From an uncultured virus (IMG/VR IMGVR_UViG_3300033994_001671) (taxonomy: Duplodnaviria > Heunggongvirae > Uroviricota > Caudoviricetes), in IMG/VR virus record IMGVR_UViG_3300033994_001671, positions 1 to 64,000 of that record: 64,000 bases of DNA; one strand, given 5' to 3'. The position numbers and the translations under genes are program-made. The notes below the pieces were generated by a model. The model ran no database searches, was not told the DNA's origin, and worked only from the letters and a program-made list of their open reading frames with translations. Shown here one piece after another: positions 59,941 through 64,000 of the stretch. Within the stretch, counting starts at the first letter, position 1, and every line of letters starts with the position of its first letter.

Positions 59941-60364
59941 GTTAACCAAACAAGACGTTGAAGACTTCAATTCATTCTGTAAGATTAATGAAATAACCGA
60001 CCCTAATGGTTTTGTTAAACTATGTTTCCGTAAAGGATACTATATTGAAAAATATGGTTTATTGAATCAGGGTAATCTTCCTGAGGTTATTGACAGAGAA
60101 TTTGAAAAGGAAGTTATTGTTGAAGATAACTCAAAGATTGAAGAACTACAAAATGAAATTTACATTCTTAAAGGTAAATTGGAAGATAAAAAGGAAGTGG
60201 AATGTGGTAAACTACAAGAAACCCTTTTTGAACTAAACAGACAATTAAGTGATAAAAATAACACAATAAAAGAATTAACAAGAAAGGTGAATGAGCTTGA
60301 AGATATGACAAAAACTTCTTATGCTTTCTACCTACAGAATTCAAACTTAAAAAACAGAATATGA
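59912..60364 (+). CDS. Coiled-coil hypothetical protein
   Basis: Heptad-rich C-terminus; ATG 59912 chosen. Confidence 0.65.
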   Translation: MEQKNSLTIELTKQDVEDFNSFCKINEITDPNGFVKLCFRKGYYIEKYGLLNQGNLPEVIDREFEKEVIVEDNSKIEELQNEIYILKGKLEDKKEVECGKLQETLFELNRQLSDKNNTIKELTRKVNELEDMTKTSYAFYLQNSNLKNRI

Positions 60365-60711
60365 CACAGTTAGTATTATTTATGATTTTAGCCTACGGGT
60401 TTTCAACAATTATGGTTTATGGAACCATCTTCAAAGGAATGAGAGATTTCATCAAAGCTTATGGAAACTCCGATTTAATTTTTTCAAACACATTCAATTT
60501 CATTTCAGGTATTTTATCCTGTATGATGTGTTGTTCCACTTGGATAGGGTTCTTCTTAGGAACAGTTTTATTCTCACCGACTTATCAGTTTTTCGGAACA
60601 AGTCCATACATTTCATGGTTCTTTGATGGGTTATTCGCGTCAGGAGCGGTATGGGCAATCAACGCTTTCATTGAATGGTTTGAAGTAAACCGACCAGCTA
60701 AAATAGATTAA
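60361..60711 (+). CDS. Small membrane protein with CxxC-x-x-W motif (DUF1360-like)
   Basis: About three hydrophobic segments; SCMMCCSTWIG. Confidence 0.65.
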   Translation: MTQLVLFMILAYGFSTIMVYGTIFKGMRDFIKAYGNSDLIFSNTFNFISGILSCMMCCSTWIGFFLGTVLFSPTYQFFGTSPYISWFFDGLFASGAVWAINAFIEWFEVNRPAKID

Positions 60712-60731
60712 TTTAAAAACCAAATAAATAT

Positions 60732-60914
60732 ATGCCAAAGTCAAGATTAAGACCAAACCACAAGCAGAAGGTTGCTGCGTGGAAATTAAAAAACGCTCAT
60801 GCTGAAAGACGCTACCAAAGAACAATGTCAGATTTGTTTGAAAAGATGAGACAAACAGCTTCTGAAAAGACAGAAGAAGTAGAAACAAATGAACCTGTTC
60901 AGCCCGCAAATTAA
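60732..60914 (+). CDS. Small basic hypothetical protein
   Basis: MPKSRLRPNHK..., fills the intergenic gap. Confidence 0.6.
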   Translation: MPKSRLRPNHKQKVAAWKLKNAHAERRYQRTMSDLFEKMRQTASEKTEEVETNEPVQPAN

Positions 60915-60930
60915 TTTCACAAAAGTTAGA

Positions 60931-63258
60931 ATGATAAAAGATTTAGATTTTTCAAAACTTGAAAATCCTTACGTACAAGTAGTATGGGAAGATACCCCAG
61001 AGAATTTTACACAAGAAAAGTTAAAAAGTGTGAAAGCGTACTTTCAAAAAAAGTATTCAACTACAAGCGTAAATGTTATTACCAAGTTAAAGAAAACAGA
61101 AGAGGTACAAGACAATGTTGATGTTACTATCAACATTATGGACGAGAACTATCAACACGATTTGATTAAGTCCATCCTTCAATCTAAATCCCAAGAAAAC
61201 CTTTACGAAGATATACTGAAGATTGACTCAGCGGTAAATAATAAGATGATTGCCGAACAAGATGAGATTGCTTCATTTAAGAAGTGGTATATTAAGAAGA
61301 TTGAGTTTTCTAACTTTCTATCTTATGGTGAAAACCAACATATAAACTTTGAAAAGTTGGGTGGGATTACTGTAATTGAATCAGACCCACCTAACTTTGG
61401 AGGTAAAACTGTGTTGTCTGTGGATTTGTTGATGTTCTTGTTTTTTAATACAACAACAAAGACAAACAAAGCTGAAGAAATATTTAACAGATATTCTGAC
61501 AAAGATAAAGTATCTGTTAGAGGGGAAATTGTTATTGATGGTGAAGATTACATTATTGTTCGTGAACTTGAACGTAAGAAATCTAAGTCAGGTGATTGGA
61601 ATGTTAAAACAGAATTAGACTTCTTTAAGAAGTTTCCTGATGGTTCATTGGTTAAATTTACAGGTGAACAACGACGTGAAACTGAAAAGTTTATTAAGAC
61701 ATCAATTGGAAGTTATGAAGACTTCTTGATGACGATATTAACCACTGGTACTAACCTTGAGGACTTGTTGGAAGCAAAACCAACAGCTCGTGGACAAGTC
61801 TTATCAAGATTTTTAGGTTTAGATTTTCTTAAAAGAAAAGAAGAGACTGGTAAAGAAATCTATTCAGAGTTCTCCAAGTCAATGATTTCAAACATTTACA
61901 ATACTGAAACATTGAAGAATGAGAACGAAGAACTATTGGTTAAAAACCAAGAGTTTGATAAGAATATTGTAGAAAGTGAAGTTAAAATTGAAGATGTTAA
62001 GGGTAGGATTGTTAAAGGACAAGAATATCGTGATAACCTTTTAAAATCAAAGGTTGTTGTTGATAGAGAAATTTCATTACTTAATCCTGACAATACAAAG
62101 AAAGAAGTGGGAAACTTTGAACACCAAATCAAACAGAATGTTCAGTTAAGAGATGGTGTTAAGATTGTTGAACCTTCAGAGTTTTATTATGAAAATGAAC
62201 ATGATAAGGTTAAGGAAGAGTACCAAAAGACTTACAAACAAAAGGTTGAGTTAGATACTAACATATCATCCATCCAAAAATTAAAGAGTTCAGTAAGTGG
62301 TGGAATTAAGTGTGAACATTGTGGCATTGAACTTATGAACGCAACAATTACACAATCAAGAATTGCGGAACTTGACGGACTTATCGGGCAAAAAACCAAG
62401 ATTGAGGGGTTAATACAAGAATTATCGGACAAAGAACAAGGTTTTGTTAAACTTAAAAAAGACTTTGACGAGTACGAAAGAAACAAACTTGTCTATGAAA
62501 AATACCAAGCAACAATTGAAAACTTTGAATTGAAGAAAGAAAGTTTGTTAGATAAGTTAAAAAGATATGATGATGTACAAGATGTAATCAAATCTAACGA
62601 ACAAATTGAAAGTCAAATCATTAAGGCTAACTTACGATTGGAAGATTTAAAACGAGAGGAACAACTTGTCCAACAGGAAGTGACCAATTCAAGATTTAAG
62701 ATAACTAATAATCTTGAAAAGATTAATTCTAATAACAACTTAATTATTAAAATTTCTGAGGAACAACAAAAGGAAGTTAAGTATAAAGTTTATTTAGAGT
62801 TGTTTGGCAAGAACGGTATCTCAAAAAGAATTATGAAGAGTATGATGCCTTTGATTAACTCCGAACTTCAACGACTATTACAGGATTCTTGTTACTTCAG
62901 ATTGGAAATTCGTATTAGTGAAAAGAATGAGGTAGAATTTTGGATGATAGACAATAATACTCAAATTGAAAAGTTAATGACTTCAGGTTCGGGATATGAG
63001 AAGACAATTGCTTCACTGGCACTAAGAGCGGTGATGGCTAAAGTGTGTTCATTACCTAAACCAAATATTACAGTATTTGATGAGGTGTTCGGTAAGATTT
63101 CTAATGATAACTTGGAAATGGTTTATGAGTTCTTTATTAAGATTAAAGAATACTTTGAAAACATACTTGTTATTACTCACAACCCTATGATTTCAAACTG
63201 GTCTGATAACATTATCAAGATTACGAAAACTGACAACATTTCTAAAGTTTCACATTAA
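60931..63258 (+). CDS. sbcC: Rad50/SbcC/gp46-like SMC ATPase
   Basis: FSNFLSYG, Walker A NFGGKT, coiled coils with CEHC zinc hook, signature SGYEK, Walker B FDEVFG, ITH; start may be 60931 or 60889. Confidence 0.9.
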   Translation: MIKDLDFSKLENPYVQVVWEDTPENFTQEKLKSVKAYFQKKYSTTSVNVITKLKKTEEVQDNVDVTINIMDENYQHDLIKSILQSKSQENLYEDILKIDSAVNNKMIAEQDEIASFKKWYIKKIEFSNFLSYGENQHINFEKLGGITVIESDPPNFGGKTVLSVDLLMFLFFNTTTKTNKAEEIFNRYSDKDKVSVRGEIVIDGEDYIIVRELERKKSKSGDWNVKTELDFFKKFPDGSLVKFTGEQRRETEKFIKTSIGSYEDFLMTILTTGTNLEDLLEAKPTARGQVLSRFLGLDFLKRKEETGKEIYSEFSKSMISNIYNTETLKNENEELLVKNQEFDKNIVESEVKIEDVKGRIVKGQEYRDNLLKSKVVVDREISLLNPDNTKKEVGNFEHQIKQNVQLRDGVKIVEPSEFYYENEHDKVKEEYQKTYKQKVELDTNISSIQKLKSSVSGGIKCEHCGIELMNATITQSRIAELDGLIGQKTKIEGLIQELSDKEQGFVKLKKDFDEYERNKLVYEKYQATIENFELKKESLLDKLKRYDDVQDVIKSNEQIESQIIKANLRLEDLKREEQLVQQEVTNSRFKITNNLEKINSNNNLIIKISEEQQKEVKYKVYLELFGKNGISKRIMKSMMPLINSELQRLLQDSCYFRLEIRISEKNEVEFWMIDNNTQIEKLMTSGSGYEKTIASLALRAVMAKVCSLPKPNITVFDEVFGKISNDNLEMVYEFFIKIKEYFENILVITHNPMISNWSDNIIKITKTDNISKVSH

Positions 63259-63259
63259 G

Positions 63260-63290
63260 TTTGGTAAATTAAAAAATTGTATTATCTTTG
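63260..63290 (+). promoter_or_regulatory. Bacteroidota-type housekeeping promoter
   Basis: TTTG (63260-63263)-N19-TATCTTTG (63283-63290), matching TTTG-N19-21-TAnnTTTG; ATG at 63298. Confidence 0.7.
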
Positions 63291-63297
63291 TAAGACT

Positions 63298-63852
63298 ATG
63301 ATTATGAATTATATATTATTTGCATTCGGGGAATATAAAGAAAACCCACAGGCTTTAAACCTTTTAACTGAAACGGTATCACAAATATCAAAAGGTGATA
63401 TAAAATTCCAACATGGAGACAGTGGTGTCATAATAACATTTGGCACGAAGTTGGATTGGGAAGATATAGACGACTATATGAAAAAAAATATTGTTAAATT
63501 AACGGCAATGTATTTTGTTTTCCCTATTGAATCTGACATGATATATTCTATGGACGAAGATATTAAAAAACATTTGTTTGAAAACACTGACATTTTGACA
63601 GAAAATGAAGAATTAAATCAGACTAGATACGTAAGTGATAATACAGGAGTTCCTGAATTTTTAAAGGGTATACATATTCACAGGGGTAGTCCTTTTGATG
63701 ATATTCTTAAAATTCTTAATGAAGAAGTTATTCAAGATGTACCAGTTATGACACTTAATGATTTATTGGATAAGATAAAAGAAAAAGGTATAGATAGTTT
63801 GTCAGAAATTCAGTTAAAACAATTAGAAATTTACTCAAAACAAATAATATGA
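63298..63852 (+). CDS. Hypothetical protein with C-terminal DUF6576-like helical motif
   Basis: LNDLLDKIKEKGIDSLSEIQLKQL; start placed downstream of the promoter. Confidence 0.65.
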   Translation: MIMNYILFAFGEYKENPQALNLLTETVSQISKGDIKFQHGDSGVIITFGTKLDWEDIDDYMKKNIVKLTAMYFVFPIESDMIYSMDEDIKKHLFENTDILTENEELNQTRYVSDNTGVPEFLKGIHIHRGSPFDDILKILNEEVIQDVPVMTLNDLLDKIKEKGIDSLSEIQLKQLEIYSKQII

Positions 63853-64000
63853 TGGAAAAAAACCAAGTTATCCCGATTAATCAAGACGAAGTACAAATCT
63901 ACCTTAAAGAACTTAGACGTATTAAGGTAATGACTCCTGAAAGAGAAAGGGAACTGTCGGCTAAGATGCAAACCCCCGAAACATCTGATAGTGAAAAGGC
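63849..64000 (+). CDS. Sigma70-family RNA polymerase sigma factor, 3'-truncated by window edge (absent from ORF track)
   Basis: Manual translation MMEKNQVIPINQDEVQIYLKELRRIKVMTPERERELSAKM matches region 1.2 (D.v..YLkei.r..llt.eeE.eL). Confidence 0.75.
   Translation, partial: MMEKNQVIPINQDEVQIYLKELRRIKVMTPERERELSAKMQTPETSDSEK

Noticed and set aside
1..64000. Stop-codon reassignment; tRNA or rRNA genes
   Set aside because: Standard-code ORFs are full length and tile the window; intergenic gaps are short and AT-rich with no cloverleaf seen

Overview
A 64 kb AT-rich, densely coding segment of a large tailed dsDNA phage (myovirus-type, probably a jumbo phage), read in the standard code. The likely host is a Bacteroidota bacterium: there is an exact TTTG-N19-TAnnTTTG promoter, starts are A-rich without obvious Shine-Dalgarno sites, and SprB-like and DUF6576-like motifs occur. 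Left arm (1-7.9 kb): RecA/UvsX-like recombinase (5'-truncated), 5'-3' exonuclease, DnaB, class Ia NrdB/NrdA, flavodoxin-fold protein. Centre (8-56.9 kb): baseplate (gp25-, gp6-like) and a large set of fibre/adhesin genes (SprB-like, LamG, PA14, YVTN-type propeller, three Gly-rich paralogs, Thr-Pro mucin-like linkers, and a 2429-aa protein with ~685 proline-free Gly-Ser/Thr-Ser triplets). Right arm: primase, PD-(D/E)XK nuclease, SbcD/SbcC, and the start of a sigma70-family factor; a RuvC-like gene lies at 53.5 kb. Best candidate for a new system: a five-gene glycosyltransferase operon led by a GT60-like polypeptide GlcNAc-transferase, embedded among Ser/Thr-rich virion genes that are enriched in an [S/T]-G-x-T motif. 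This suggests phage-encoded O-glycosylation of the virion surface. All product calls come from motif recognition by eye; no searches were run.
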